From NCBI GenBank assembly GCA_010909165.1, contig MU008160.1:744001-808000 (forward strand): a DNA stretch of 64,000 nt, written 5' to 3'. The notes below the pieces were generated by a model. It searched no databases and was not told the origin of the DNA. It was given only the letters and a program-made list of their open reading frames with translations. Source of the stretch: Anthoceros angustus. Its lineage: Eukaryota; Plantae; Anthocerotophyta. Positions within the stretch are counted from its first letter, which is position 1; each line of letters opens with the position of its first letter. The translations under genes and the position numbers were made by a program. Below, piece by piece: positions 51,140 to 64,000 of this stretch.

Positions 51140-51292
51140 CACCTGCTTGGGTAACGGAAGTGAACTATAGAGTAGGTACTCCAACAACCATGGTGGCAAA
51201 TATTGGTGGCCTGCCTGGGTAACGGAAGTGAACTAGAGAGGTACCAACAACCATGGTGGCAAATATTGGTGGCCTGCAGGGAAACTAAATTC
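51140..51292. repeat. Tandem repeat, ~65-69-bp unit x2.3 (duplicated at 52128-52280)
   Basis: CCTGC.TGGGTAACGGAAGTGAACTA.AGAG..GGTACTCCAACAACCATGGTGGCAAATATTGGTGG. Confidence 0.8.
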
Positions 51293-51601
51293 ACTGGGAG
51301 TACTCGAGGAACGACACCCGGGCACTGGCGGTCCGCTAGGTGTATTAAATAGATTGGGGCATTTTAGTAACGACTGCCGGGTGTTGGTCAGTTAACGACG
51401 GTCAATTATATTTTATTTATTCTGAATTATAATAATCGAATGTATCTAAATAAGTATATCTGAATAATAAATAATTTTAATCTTACTGGTTATCCATTAA
51501 AGCGTAACGCTTTCGAAGAGGGTAATTATACATATTTATGTGTAAAATAAACCTTCGAGGCCCAGTCATAATATAAAGATCATGCTTGGCTGTGGACATA
51601 T

Positions 51602-51774
51602 GAACACCGAGTGGAACACCTTTGATGGTAACGAAGAATCTACGCATGTGCAGTGACTGCCACAGTTCCACGGAGATTATGTCAAGGATTGAAAGGAGAG
51701 AGATTGTGGTAAGGGATGGGTATCGCGTACATCGATTTGCATCTGGTTGTTGCAGTTGTAAGGGTCGCCCGTGA
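51602..51774 (+). pseudogene. Duplicated DYW tail of the 48399 gene (within a ~0.98-kb duplication)
   Basis: Copy of 50617-50788 plus an identical downstream flank. Confidence 0.8.
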
Positions 51775-53526
51775 GATGAAAAACGACGTGACAGTGCTAA
51801 AGTGGGTACGCCAGGAACATTACTTTCTCTTAAGAGGTGAGCATGCCTGCTTAATTCCATCTCTGTGTAAACTGTGACAGTGACAACGATTCTCACACGT
51901 TTCCTTGACAGGGAAATCTGGGTCAGTTTATCTCTTCCCTGTATGTACATAAGTTCCGTGAGGAAAGGGCAGCTCAGGACTGATGGGAAGTGAGAATGCA
52001 GCCATGATCAAGTTGATATCCGGAATATTCGTCCAAGAAATGGATGGAGATGCTTCATGGCGGATGACATGTCGGGAAGAAGCCTCACCCGAACTGGGAT
52101 GATTGCCACCCTGGCAAATATCGGACACCTGCTTGGGTAACGGAAGTGAACTATAGAGTAGGTACTCCAACAACCATGGTGGCAAATATTGGTGGCCTGC
52201 CTGGGTAACGGAAGTGAACTAGAGAGGAGGTACTCCAACAACCATGGTGGCAAATATTGGTGGCCTGCTTGGGAAACTAAATTCACTGGGAGTACTCGAG
52301 GAACGACACCCGGGCACTGGCGGTCCGCTAGGTGTATTAAATAGATTGGGGGCATTTTAGTAACGACTGCCGGGTGTTGGCGGTCAGTTAACGACGGTCA
52401 ATTATATTTTATTTATTCTGAATTATAATAATCGAATGTATCTAAATAAGTATATCTGAATAATAAATAATTTTAATCTTACTGGTTATCCATTAAAGCG
52501 TAACGCTTTCGAAGAGGTTGTAATTATACATATTTATGTGTAAAAATAAACCTTCGAGGCCCAGTCATAATATAAAGATGGGTCATGCTTGGCTGTGGAC
52601 ATATGAACACCGAGTGGGTCGTTTAGATAAGGTCCGGTTTCCGTAGCCAGCCTAAGCTACATATGTACACGGAAATTAGCCCTTACCAAAAAGGCTGGGG
52701 AACTTGGCGGAGGCGGCCGAGGTTGGCTTTCTCCCTTCGATTTTGTGAATACTCGAACCTGGCAGGAGAACCGGCTGGAGCCTGCGAGGACTCGGCTCCA
52801 GCATGCGTGCCATGACTCGACTCCAACGTGTATGCAATGACTCGGCCACAGCATACCCATGAATAGAAGAAGAAGAAGAATTTTATTGAAGTCCACTAAG
52901 GACGGATTTCCGTCATGGGACTTGGTACTTAACAACTTGTACCATGGTGTGCCTAAGCTACTTGCTGCACCAAGGGCATCCACTCCCTTTAGGCACCCCA
53001 TTTAAGTACCGATCCAAGCTCAGGATGCTTAATCACGGCGTTCTTATAAATGTGTCCATTTGGCCTAGGCCATTTGGACAATAGGCTGGGAAAGCCAACC
53101 TCGCCTGCCCCTAGATTGGTCACCGCGATTCACGCGCCACATCATACATGCTGGAGGAACAAATGCGAGGGCTTAGAACAAAATTGCTGCAGGAAGGGCA
53201 GGTCCTTTATACCCGACATGCCAGAGGCCATTGAGCATCCCGTCCCCTCGTTCACAGTTCTTCAAATGTCCCGGATATCAACTTCATCATGGCTGCATTC
53301 TCGCTTTCGATCAGCTCCGAGCTGCCCTTTCCTCATGATACTGTGTACACAGAAGAGATTCATTAAACCAGATTTTCCCTGTCAAAGAAAAGGTGACAAT
53401 CCGTTTCAGCGACCTATGCCGCTGTCTCACCTTGAACAGGATGAAATACGCAGACATACTCACGTCTTGAAAGACAGCAACATTCCTTCCGTCCAAACTT
53501 GAGCACTGGCACAACGTTTTCCGTTC

Positions 53527-56500
53527 TCACGGACGGCCTTTACAACTGCAGCACCCAGCTGCGAATCGATGGACACGGTACCCATCCCTTACCACAATGT
53601 CTCTCTGTTCAAGCCTTGACATGATCTCCGTAGAACTGTGGCAGTCACTGCACATGCGGAGATTCTTCGTCACCACCAGAGGTGTCCCACTAGGAGTGTT
53701 CAACAGACCATACGCCAGTGCTAGCTTCTCGGCATGCCCACAAAGGGCATCTTCCTTTTCCTTCTCAGACAGTGGCTTCAACACCAACTTTGTGTGAGGT
53801 ATGTCCCCTTCCTGCTTCAGACGCATTCGTTCTCTACCTTAGCGCAATATCATCTCTCTTTCTCCCACCAAAATATGTACCTGCTTCACCTCAATGCTCG
53901 CCACTGCAGGTTTCTTGTTAGCCCCTGCTATCCTTCTCTGTGTTTCAATCCTGTCTACATCGGTCCACCTACCTGCATCTGCATACGCATTGGCCATGAG
54001 CACATAGGCCGGTGCCCATTGAGGGTCCAGCCTAACAACGCTTTCAAAACACCACACTGCCCTCTCTATATCCCCGTGACTTTTGCAGGCATTCAACAAA
54101 GACATCAAGCCCACAACATTACTTTGGCCCTCACATGATACTAGCATCTTCTCTGCTTCATCTAAATGGCCAGCACGCCCAAGAAGATCAATCATGCAAT
54201 TGTGATGCTCAATGGTAGGCTTGATGCCATGCCGTTCAGCCATGGAGTGAAAGTGCTTGCGACCCTCATGCACCAGTCCCTCATGACTGCATGCTACAAA
54301 AAGGCAAGTAAAAGTTGCATCATTAGGCTGAACACCGGCACCTAACATCTCCTCAAAACAAGCTAGTGCCTTGTGACCTTCATCACAAGCACCATACCCA
54401 GATATCAGGGTCGTCCATGTCACGACGTCCTTTGTGGCCATGCTGTCAAAAACCCGGCGTGCAGCTTCCAGTTCACCACATTTTGCATACATGTCCACCA
54501 GGCAGTTGCCCAACACTACGTTATCCAGCAGTCCTCTTTCAACAATCTGTGAGTGCAGCTGCCTGCCCTTCTGTAAGGCACCAGTGCTTGCACAGGCCTT
54601 CAGAAGGCAAGCAAAAGTAACATGGTTAGCCAAAATCAGGCCTCCTGCTCCATTTGTCCATACAGAACAAGCGCCTCTGGCGAGTCCTTGCTGGGCATAC
54701 CCAGCAATCAGCACCGTCCATGTCACCACATCCTTTTTGGCCAAGCCTTTAAAAACCTGGTGTGCATCTTCCATTTCACCACATTTCACATACATGTCCA
54801 TGAGGCAGTTGCCCAATACTACGTCATGCAGCAGTCCTCTTTCAACGATCTGTGAGTGCAGCTGCTTGCCTTTCTGTAAGGCACCAGTGCTTGCGCAGGC
54901 ATTCAGAAGGCAAGAAAAAGTAACAGGATCAGCCAAAATAAGGCCCTCTTGTTCCATTTGTCTACACAGAACAAGCGCCTCTTGGCCCAATCCTTGATGT
55001 GCATACCCCGAAATCAGGGCATTCCATGTCACCACATCCTTTGCTGTCAAAAACCTGGCGTGCATCTTTCAGTTCGCCACATTTTGCATACATGTCCACC
55101 AGGCAGTTGCCAACAAACAAGTTATTAGGAATGCCACTGCAACACATCACAGTGCACTTTTCTGCCAGATTCCAAGTCGGCGGCAAATGCACAAGCTTGA
55201 AGGGCAGCACAAAGACGTGAGCATCCGCCTTCACTCCTGACCTACGCATCTCATGGTACAGTTGTATGGCCTCCTTAGGTTTCCCATGCTTTAGCATGTG
55301 CAGAGATTATGGAAAACCACATGAACATCTGGTTTGCCCACCCTGGTGAACACATCCATGGCCTCCTGCAGCCTACCTCATGCATACATGCGCAAGATAT
55401 GGTTCCCCAAGTATGCATTCGACTCGTACCCAAGTTTGACAGTGAGATCATGAACTCGTCGCCCCACAACCAAATCCTTCTTAGCTGCACACAGTTTTAG
55501 CACAGTGTAAAACAGAGACTGAGAATAGCAGAGTCTGTCTGCGCCAGAGATTCCAGGGCTCCAACGGCCTCAGAAAGCTTCCCTGCTGACATAACGTGCT
55601 CACGGTTACAGCCGTTACGACGCCCATTTCCGATCCTGCACGCCTGCCAGGTTCAGGCTTATCCGGAGAGCTGACTTGGAAGGAGAGGCACCATGACCCA
55701 TCTGCATATCCAAGGAAACGAGCTGCTCATCAACCCAAGCTGGCTTAACATGTTGTTTAACCACAGGACCTCGCCGGACCCCTTACGCCGGAAGTCAGGC
55801 GAACGGGAGCTCTTCTTATCTCGTCTGTTGTCCCACCACATGCCCCTCTCTATATCCCCGTGACTTTTGCAGGCATTCAACAAAGACATCCCACAACATT
55901 ACTTTGGCCCTCATGATAATAGCATCTTCTCTGCCTCATCTAAATGGCCTGCACGCCCAAGAAGATCAATCATGCAATTGTAATGCTCAATAGTAGGTTT
56001 GATGCCATGCTGTTCAGCCATGGAATCAAAGTGCTTGCGACCCTCATGGACCAGTCCTCATGACTGCATGCTACAAAAAGGCAAAAGTAGCATCATTAGG
56101 CTGAACCGGCAACTAACATCTCCTCAAAACAAGCTAGTGCCTTGTGACCTTCATCACACCATACCCAGATATCAGGGCGTCCATGTCACCACATCCTTTG
56201 TGGCATGCTGTCAAAAACCTGGCGTGCATCTTCCAGTTCCACATTTTGCATACATGTCCACCAGGCAGTTGCCCAACACTACGTTATCCAGCAGTCCTCT
56301 TCAACAATCTGTGAGTGCAGCTGCCTGCCCTTCTGTAAGGCACCAGTGCTTGCACAGGCCTTCAGAAGGCAAGCAAAAGTAACATGGTTAGCCAAAATCA
56401 GGCCCTCCTGCTCCATTTGTCCATACAGGCAAGCGCCTCTGTCCGAGTCCTTGCTGTGCATACCCAGCAATCAGGGCAGTCCATGTCACCACATCCTTTG

Positions 56501-57865
56501 GCATGCTGTCAAAAACCTGGCGTGCATCTTCCACCACATTTTGCATACATGTCCACCAGGCAGTTGCCCAATACTACGTCATCCAGCAGTCCTCTTCAAC
56601 AATCTGTGAGTGCAGCTGCCTGCCCTTCTGTAAGTGCTTGCACAGGCCTTCAGAAGGCAAGAAAAAGTAACAGGATCAGCCAAAATAAGGCCCTCTTGTT
56701 CCATTTGTCTACACAGAACAAGCGCCTCTTGGCCCAATCCTTGATGTGCATACCCCGAAATCAGGGCATTCCATGTCACCACATCCTTTGTGGCCAAGCT
56801 TTCAAAAACCTGGCGTGCCTCTTTCAGTTCGCCACATTTTGCATACATGTCCACCAGGCCGTTGCCAACAAACAAGTTATTAGGAATGCCACTGAGCAAC
56901 ACATCAAAGTGCACTTTTCTGCCAGATTCCAAGTCGGCGGCAAATGCACAAGCTTGAAGGGCAGCTACAAGACGTGAGCATCTGCCTTCACTCCTGACCT
57001 ACGCATCTCATGGTACAGTTGTATGGCCTCCTTAGGTTTCCCATGTTTAGCATGCAGAGATTATGGAAAACCACATGAACATCTGGTTGCCCACCCTGGT
57101 GAACACATCCATGGCCTCCTGCAACCTACCTCCACATGCATACATGCGCAAGATATGATTCCCCAAGTATGCATTCGACTGGTACCCAAGTTTGACTGTG
57201 AGGTCATGAACTCGTCGCCCCGCAGCCACATCCTTCTTAGCTGCACACAGTTTTAGCACGGTGTAAAACAGAGACTGAGAAACAGCAGAATCTGTCTCCG
57301 CCAGAGATTCCAGGGCTCCGACGGCCTCAAAGAGCTTCCCCTGCTGACATAACGTGCGCACGGTTACAGCCGATACAACGCCCATTTCCAACCCTGCACG
57401 TCTGCCAGGCTCACGCTTATCCGGAGAGCTCGACTTGGAAGGAGAGGCACCATAACCCATCTGCATATTCAAAGAAACCAGCTGTTCATCCACCCAAGCT
57501 GGCTTGAACAAGTTGTTTAAGCAGAGGACCTCGCCGCCTGACCCCTTACAGCGGAAGTCAGGCCAACGCGAGCTCTTCTTACCTCGCCTGCTGTCCCACC
57601 ATATGGTAGGGTCCAGAAAAAGTTGTTGCCAGAAGACCTCCCGCCGCTGGTGACGACCATCGCTCGACAATCCTTCCCCACCGAGACATTTTCTCACAAG
57701 TGCAAGTGATGGGTTCCTTACACTGCTGAACCTGCAGCCGGAGGCGGGCTTGTTTCCCACCGGTTGACTCCCTAAGGTGAGGTGAGCGGGAGCTCGTCCT
57801 AGCATCCTTGTACACTGACCAGTTTGTTGGGTCCACAACGAATCTGGTTGCCATACTGTGGCCAT
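53527..57865 (-). pseudogene. PDF-PLS-PPR-DYW:KP (GRP) gene with an internal ~1.8-kb duplication (probably one gene; possibly intact in vivo)
   Basis: ORF 57047-57865 (FWQQLFLDPTIWWDSRRGKKSSRWPDFRCKGSGGEVLCL); ORFs 53839-55065 and 53527-53826 (HAEKLA...CSCKGRP); junction at ~55835-55845. Confidence 0.8.
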
Positions 57866-58833
57866 GTCACTGCATCACTCTCGGACTACCTAGGTTGAGG
57901 CAGAATTCGGGCTATTTCTCTGGCATCAGCCAGAGAGCATGAGCTCTTCATGCACTCCTTCACTTCCAGACAACCCAACCACCCGACTGCCTGTTATTAT
58001 TCGTGGAGTGAAACTCCATCCCAGCAGCAGCGAGGCGGGCGAGCTATTCCCTGATGGACTGGTTTATCGCTTCTAGGATTTTCACGTTCTTGACCCTCCT
58101 CCGCACGCTGTAGGCAGTATCAGAGACCTTCCTTGTCAGGTTACGTAGTTAGTGCAGTCCTCGCTTGACAAGTGCCAGTCCGTCCTTTCTTGCATCCCAG
58201 TCCCTAGGCAAGACCTCAAGGTAATGCACGATACGGTATCCACGATTATTAAAGGATTAGTTGGTATCGTATATACCATGAAATACTACCTAATACTTAA
58301 ACGACTATGATCTAAACTAGAAAAAGATAAGAAGTTAATATATGATGTGTGTCGGTCACTTCACGTGTGTGTTGGCCCGATCACTTCACATGTGTGTGGG
58401 CTTGTTCTAAGAAGTGCCAAGATCAATACACTTAGCTTGATACGAACAACACATCAACAACAAAATAAAGTGGGTCCTTGAACCCGGACTTGGACTTGAG
58501 AAATTTGTACAGGTCTATATTCTAATGTTTGCATGCGTTTCTCGAACAGTCATATCTTGGTTTCGATAAATAAGAAGCGAGAGAGTATTTAATTTTTATG
58601 AGTCAGTTTAGTATTCTTAAGCCCTTTTTTTGAATGATTTTGTCGATAATTATTAATATTAATAAATGCTCAGGTCGAGATAGCCACCAAACTTCTAGGG
58701 AGCTCGTTCCAGTATACCCTTTGCATATAGTGCAGGGATACAAAAACTCTACACCAGTATCGGGACTAGTGAAACAAGATCAAAAAAAAAGATGAAAAGT
58801 TAAAAGAGGTAAAAACTAATTAAATAGCTACTA

Positions 58834-59385
58834 TGTTAAGAAGATGCATGTGTTGCATGCTTCATGCAATCTCTTAGTAGAGAAGAATTTCCGCATCCAT
58901 TAATAAAGAGCTGCCTAGAGAGGACTCTTAGTGATGAGTGGTTTGCAAGAATTCCCAAAAGTAGCAACTGCCTAGTAGAGGCGAGCTTACAACCTACAGT
59001 ATATATATAAGGGCTAGAACAAGAGTTTAAAGGTATTCATTCTACATTGCAAGCCTTGTATTGTGTGAGAGTTGTGAAGAGCCTAGCTAGTGAACGTGTC
59101 CTTAAGTCAAGGGTAGTAGTCAGTTGGGCGGAGATGCCCAAACTCAAGTGTGTATTCTGTGAATTAAGAGCGGCGCCTTGAGTATGTGGTTTTCGAGTTA
59201 TTAGTTAATGGTGGGCTAACTGGAGCCTGGTGCTACGTTGTGAGGTTGAGAGTGCTGAGAGTTGGTGCATGTCTCTAAACAAGAGTGAATTGACGAGGTC
59301 CTAGGCCACACGGAAGCTAGTCTTGTCGCTTAATCTTTACTAGCTGCGTAGTAAGGGGCGTTACTAGACTCCTTACTATTGCAAT
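58834..59385 (+). mobile_element. Possible LTR-like fragment
   Basis: Begins TGTTAAG; TATATATAAGGG near 59000, followed by a GT/GA-rich R/U5-like region. No clean CA end or TSD found. Confidence 0.3.
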
Positions 59386-59533
59386 ATTACCTAATTCTCA
59401 TATTCTTGACGGTAATCAGTTTATCTTGTGGAAAATTGATCTTTACTATATATGCTACATAGGGATGAGTGCAAAATATAAACACATCAATCATCAGCTT
59501 ATCTTGTGGGAAACATTTCATAGAGCATTCTAG

Positions 59534-60412
59534 GTGTTGGCTTCCCTATACATGGCTAGTATGAGGTCTATTGCGCGTCATCGCTTGTATTGTAATGATA
59601 TTGACCTTTGGCCAACTTTTTCCATCGAACCCATGTGCCAAAATCAAGTCTCCCAAGTTGAAAGACTGTGGGAAATTGAATTTGGGGTCCACCATGAAAT
59701 TCCATATACATCTTTGTCCTCAAGTCCTATAGAGGACCATATGAAAGAAGCACAAGGAACACTTACCCTCGTGGCTCTAGAGAGATTTGGACAAAAGCAA
59801 CACAGTTTGCTCATGGGTGCCATTCAAGTATTGTTGCCAGGTGGCTTGCACATAAACTACGTTCGTGAGATGTTCTATCTAGCTGTCCACAAAAAATATC
59901 GTGGAAGTAGTGAGGGAAAAGAACTCATCGATTCCGTGAATGGATTGCTGCTAAGTAGCAAACGAGTAGAAGAAAATGACTCGGAAGACTACCTTCCTGA
60001 GATCTGCTATCTAGCTGTGCATGAAGAATATCGTGGAAGAGGCATAGGAAGACAACTCCTCGATGCCATGGAAACAAGGCTTGGTAACCTTGGACACTCC
60101 AAAGTTTACTTAATTTGCGAATCTCGTAATCTAAAAGCTTTGTGCCTATATTTGAAAACAGGCTACAAAATAATCGAATGTTTCGAAGAGGATGGTGAAG
60201 GAGGCTACATAATTATAAAAAATAACTCAAATTTTGATGAAGAGACAGGTGAAATATTTGTTTGGAGGGGAGAGATGAATGACGTAGGCCAACAGGATGA
60301 AGATACAAGTGAAATAGGCGAACATGACGAACATGCAGAAAAATCAAAATATTTTTTGTTTAAGAAAATAATACATTCAACTGCAATGCAAACAGCAAAC
60401 TCTATAGATTGA
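59534..60412 (+). CDS. GNAT-family N-acetyltransferase with a duplicated motif A and an acidic C-terminus
   Basis: EICYLAVHEEYRGRGIGRQLLDAM...VYLICESRNLKALCLYLKTGY (AcCoA-binding R/QxxGxG and N..A..LY..GY), preceded by a degenerate copy EMFYLAVHKKYRGSSEGKELID. Confidence 0.75.
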   Translation: MLASLYMASMRSIARHRLYCNDIDLWPTFSIEPMCQNQVSQVERLWEIEFGVHHEIPYTSLSSSPIEDHMKEAQGTLTLVALERFGQKQHSLLMGAIQVLLPGGLHINYVREMFYLAVHKKYRGSSEGKELIDSVNGLLLSSKRVEENDSEDYLPEICYLAVHEEYRGRGIGRQLLDAMETRLGNLGHSKVYLICESRNLKALCLYLKTGYKIIECFEEDGEGGYIIIKNNSNFDEETGEIFVWRGEMNDVGQQDEDTSEIGEHDEHAEKSKYFLFKKIIHSTAMQTANSID

Positions 60413-61650
60413 CACATTTTTATATCATTCCTTAGTTTCCAGCACATCTAGACACAACGTATTTTGTACCATTGGAGTCAAAAATAAAAGTTTATAATTA
60501 TAAAGTTGAACACAATTGTAAACAGTGTGACTATAATGGATTCATGTGCTTAAAACGATCGAGGACGGGATGAACAATTGAACAAACGATCCAGATGGAT
60601 GAATTGTCCACACCAAGAGATTAAGATCAGTATCAAGGTGAACACTTATCATGTTATAGGTTGTTGTATTTGATAATACCCATAGATTGAGGTATTTAGT
60701 CGAGAGTGTTTTATTGAGAGAAAAAAGTGATGGATTGTGGAGTGCAGATTGGCTCCTCCAGTTGATTTGTGTTTTTGTGGTATTTTCCTTTCTCTTTTAA
60801 AAGGACTGTATGTGAAAAATAAACAGCATAAGGAGCGAACACAATGTGGATTAGCACAAAAGCGCATTTAGTGGACATGATGCCTGGTGGTGACATCATG
60901 ATGGGGTGATGATGTCTTGTGGTTGATGAAATATTTTATTAATTAAGGCACCTAGGAATCCCTAGAATTAAAAATCATCTAATTTTTAGGGCTAGAAGTA
61001 GTTACTTTATTTAGTTATTGGTGATATTAGTTACAACTACTTATAATCACCTCTACTTATAAACACTTGTACTTTTTATCATTCTAAGCAATGCTACAAA
61101 CATCTTTGAAGAAGTGTGTGATTTTCATCATGGTATGAGAGCACCTTGCTCTTGATTCTTGAGCATACCACTTGTTGCCTATAAAGGCATCAAATCCATA
61201 ATGCATTTTCCACTCTAGATTATCTAATCTTCACATATGCACTTAGGAGATTTGTATTTCGGCAGTAATTGGATCATGCTCAATTTCATATTTATATGAT
61301 GCATAATTTGTGCATCCAATCCTTATCAATTCACCATGGATTCCACCAATCCTGGTAGACAAGGATATTGGAGAAAATTCAAGACTGCAAAACATGAGAA
61401 ACAATGTAAGGACCACACGATTAAACTCCAAAAGAAATTGGGTTCACGTGTTGAAGAAATAGAAGAAAACACGATAATATTTGAAGCGGCTGAATATACG
61501 AAGCCGCTTTCAGAAACCCGGGACCAATTTTAGATTCATTGTACAGTCCCAAAACCCATGATTCTTAATGTTCTGCCACGAATTTGAGTCATTCTGTCAT
61601 AGCTTGGTCCGCTTTGGACAAAATTTTGCCTCTAGGTATGGTGACACATG

Positions 61651-61881
61651 GTGTAAGGCCGCATGCCGTCGCCCTAAAAGAAACTCAACTTAACTAATAT
61701 AAAAACTATAATTGGATCTGGAACTCGCGACCTATGCCGAGTTTTTTACCACTTTACCAACTTTAGGAGACAACAAAACTTTATGATACGCAAATAATAT
61801 ATACTAACGAAGGTGCCAATATGCTAGCACCCTATGGTCTTATGCTCCTCCATAGGGCGCCGGCATGCCGGGCCCCAACAC
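61651..61881. mobile_element. MITE-like element with ~22-bp imperfect GC-rich terminal inverted repeats
   Basis: GGCCGCATGCCGTCGCCCTA ... TAGGGCGCCGGCATGCCGGGCC around an AT-rich core; a related end GGCATGCCGGCGCCTAGG lies near 62791. Confidence 0.5.
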
Positions 61882-64000
61882 GTTTATGAGTTGCAGCGGT
61901 CGCGATTAACACTAGGGCTACAACCACTTGTCGTGCACCCATGCACATTATGACTTACATATATTAGGCCACGCATCGCTTGCTTGCGCAAGAGAATGAG
62001 AGAAAACTTACCACCTTTCACACTTCTGATCACGACGCAGCCTTGGTCGCTCACAAAGATGGTGTCCAACATACAAAAAACGTATTCAATTGCTATGACC
62101 TCCGTAGAAAGATAGTCGCGGCCTACACGGAGCCTGAGAATAGGGAAGAAACTTGGCCTTGTCATGTCTCTTTTCACTGTTCCGATTCAAGTGAAATTTG
62201 CGATCATGAATATTAGGGCATGGATAATTTCAAACAGCGTGCTTAGAAAACCGTTGAAATTTGAAAATAATTTCCATGATTTTGAGTTCAAGTGTACAAA
62301 TTATTAGAATAAGGGAATTTTAAACCAAACCAATCATCTATCACTTTTACAACACAAACTATGCTCACATTTCAACCCATATTACCTATTCCCTACACAA
62401 TATGAAAAGTTAAAAGAAGACTTGAATCCAAGACCTCTAATTTCCAACTTTCAAAGCTTACCACTCCATTAACTTTCCCACACATGAATGATTGGAAGCA
62501 CAAAGTATATGTTGAATGAGAGGCTGCATGCCATGCCCTCATTCTTCTTCTTCTTCTTCATCATGCCCTTATGCTCCCCATGCTCCTTGTTTTGATAGCC
62601 ACCGAGAAGCCATCACGGTTCGTGGTTTCTTAGCCACTAGCCTAGGGTGTCTAACCGATGTTGAGCAACCGAGAAGCCATTACAGTTCGGTAGTTTCGGC
62701 GGAAGGAGGGTGTTTGTTGACGTAGCCCAAAGGCCATGAATCTTGCGCGCGCGCCCAAGGCACGTAGCCTTTGAGCATGACTTGGGTGCAGGCATGCCGG
62801 CGCCTAGGTTTGTCACTTACGGTGTGTTTAGGTTCTTCACGCCCTCGACTATTGTACACAATGACATCGACCGTGTCTGGATTGGATGTATAGCACGCAT
62901 ATAGAAATAGCCGTATGCATTCCCTTCGATGCTGCGGCAGAGATGGTCGCCCATGTTCATTTACTGTTGTTTAACGAATGGCATGCACTAACGACATGGG
63001 CATCTTGTCCATTGAAAACAATGGTCTACCTATAGGTCAGACCCTTTGTCTACCATTCTAAGCCGCTAAAAGATATAAAATTCTCTACGACACCCTAATT
63101 GTGTGCCTTCTTCTGCAGGGTATGCTCAAATACACATTTCAATGCCCATCGAAAACCCCGTTTCGCGTATATTCACGTCAAAACCCGCTTGATGTATATT
63201 CAGCCGCTTCAAATATTATGCTGTTAGAAGTTTCAAAACAGGTTTGTAATTCCATTGGATCAATTTTGATTAAATCAACTTATCAAGCAAATCTAATCAA
63301 AAGTGCTAGACAACGCTTGCTTACATCTTTTAGTCTAGTGCAAGTTGAGTACATCGAATTAGCTCTTCAACATATTCCTAATCCAAGTGCTGGCCCTATA
63401 TAGCTCCTAATTTTAACACAAATCAGCATAGCATCAATTCCATCAAATCAAATATAAAACAAATTCAAGTTTTTCCTGAAGACAAATTTGCTTTACTAAT
63501 AAGTGAAATTTGTGATCTTATGAGGGTGAGAGGGGGGAGGGGCGAGGTGGGGGGAAAGCCTTGGGTTTTGCTCTCTATCCTCGGTTACTACCAGGGTAGC
63601 TTAATGTCTGTATGGGTCTGACCGTAGCCTGGGTGGCAAGGCTTGGCCTGGCTTTGTATGCGAAGTGTACGCGGGAAGTACGATGCAAAGGGATGTAGTG
63701 GGACTGAGACCCAAGTTGAGGTGTGAGGGGAGTGGATCTAGGAGAGGACGTGGGCTCTAATGATGCGGAGGATTGTGGTGCATGCCCTGTACGTGGGAGA
63801 GGAGAGGGCTTAGGTGAGAAACTCCTCAAAAGGGTGAGCTCCTGAAACTCCACTACCGAGTACGGATCTTGGGGAAAAGGCTGCACGAGAGGTGTGGGAA
63901 GTAGGTTGGGGATGGCCTGAATTTGGGCAACGTGGCACCTTGGCTGTCATAACAATATTGTAGATTGTAAATGTGTCTCGGTGGATTAATGGAAGATGAT

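Noticed and set aside
60480-64000. Short ORFs, a (TCT)n microsatellite and a G-rich tract near 63525
   Set aside because: No recognisable protein or RNA-gene signature; probably TE-derived intergenic DNA.

Overview
Plant nuclear genomic DNA, most likely a hornwort (Anthoceros-like); this is inferred from the GRP-terminated DYW:KP genes, not seen directly. The window is dominated by a mixed-orientation cluster of about 8 intronless PLS-class PPR genes. Each has the architecture: N-terminal leader, a PDF motif (the WWDNR...PDF...LWL ssDNA-binding module of organellar OSB proteins), PLS repeats, E1/E2, and a DYW:KP domain (KPAxAxIE, HAE-x-CxxC, ending CSCKGRP). DYW:KP is the clade associated with U-to-C organellar RNA editing. 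One copy (27007-29610) is fully intact; most others carry small indels. The PLS triplets are near-identical 306-bp cassettes whose most consistent differences are copy number and the two base-specifying residues, so the cluster looks like a reshuffled library of editing specificities fused to an ssDNA-binding module. Also present: an apparently intronless ALDH6 gene, a GNAT acetyltransferase ORF with a duplicated motif A, a solo LTR with a TSD, CRE-type non-LTR retrotransposon endonuclease relics, a truncated MULE transposase and small repeats. Caveat: about ten 1-2 kb tandem duplications with microhomology junctions and indel-rich copies suggest long-read assembly or polishing artefacts, so copy number and pseudogene calls are uncertain.
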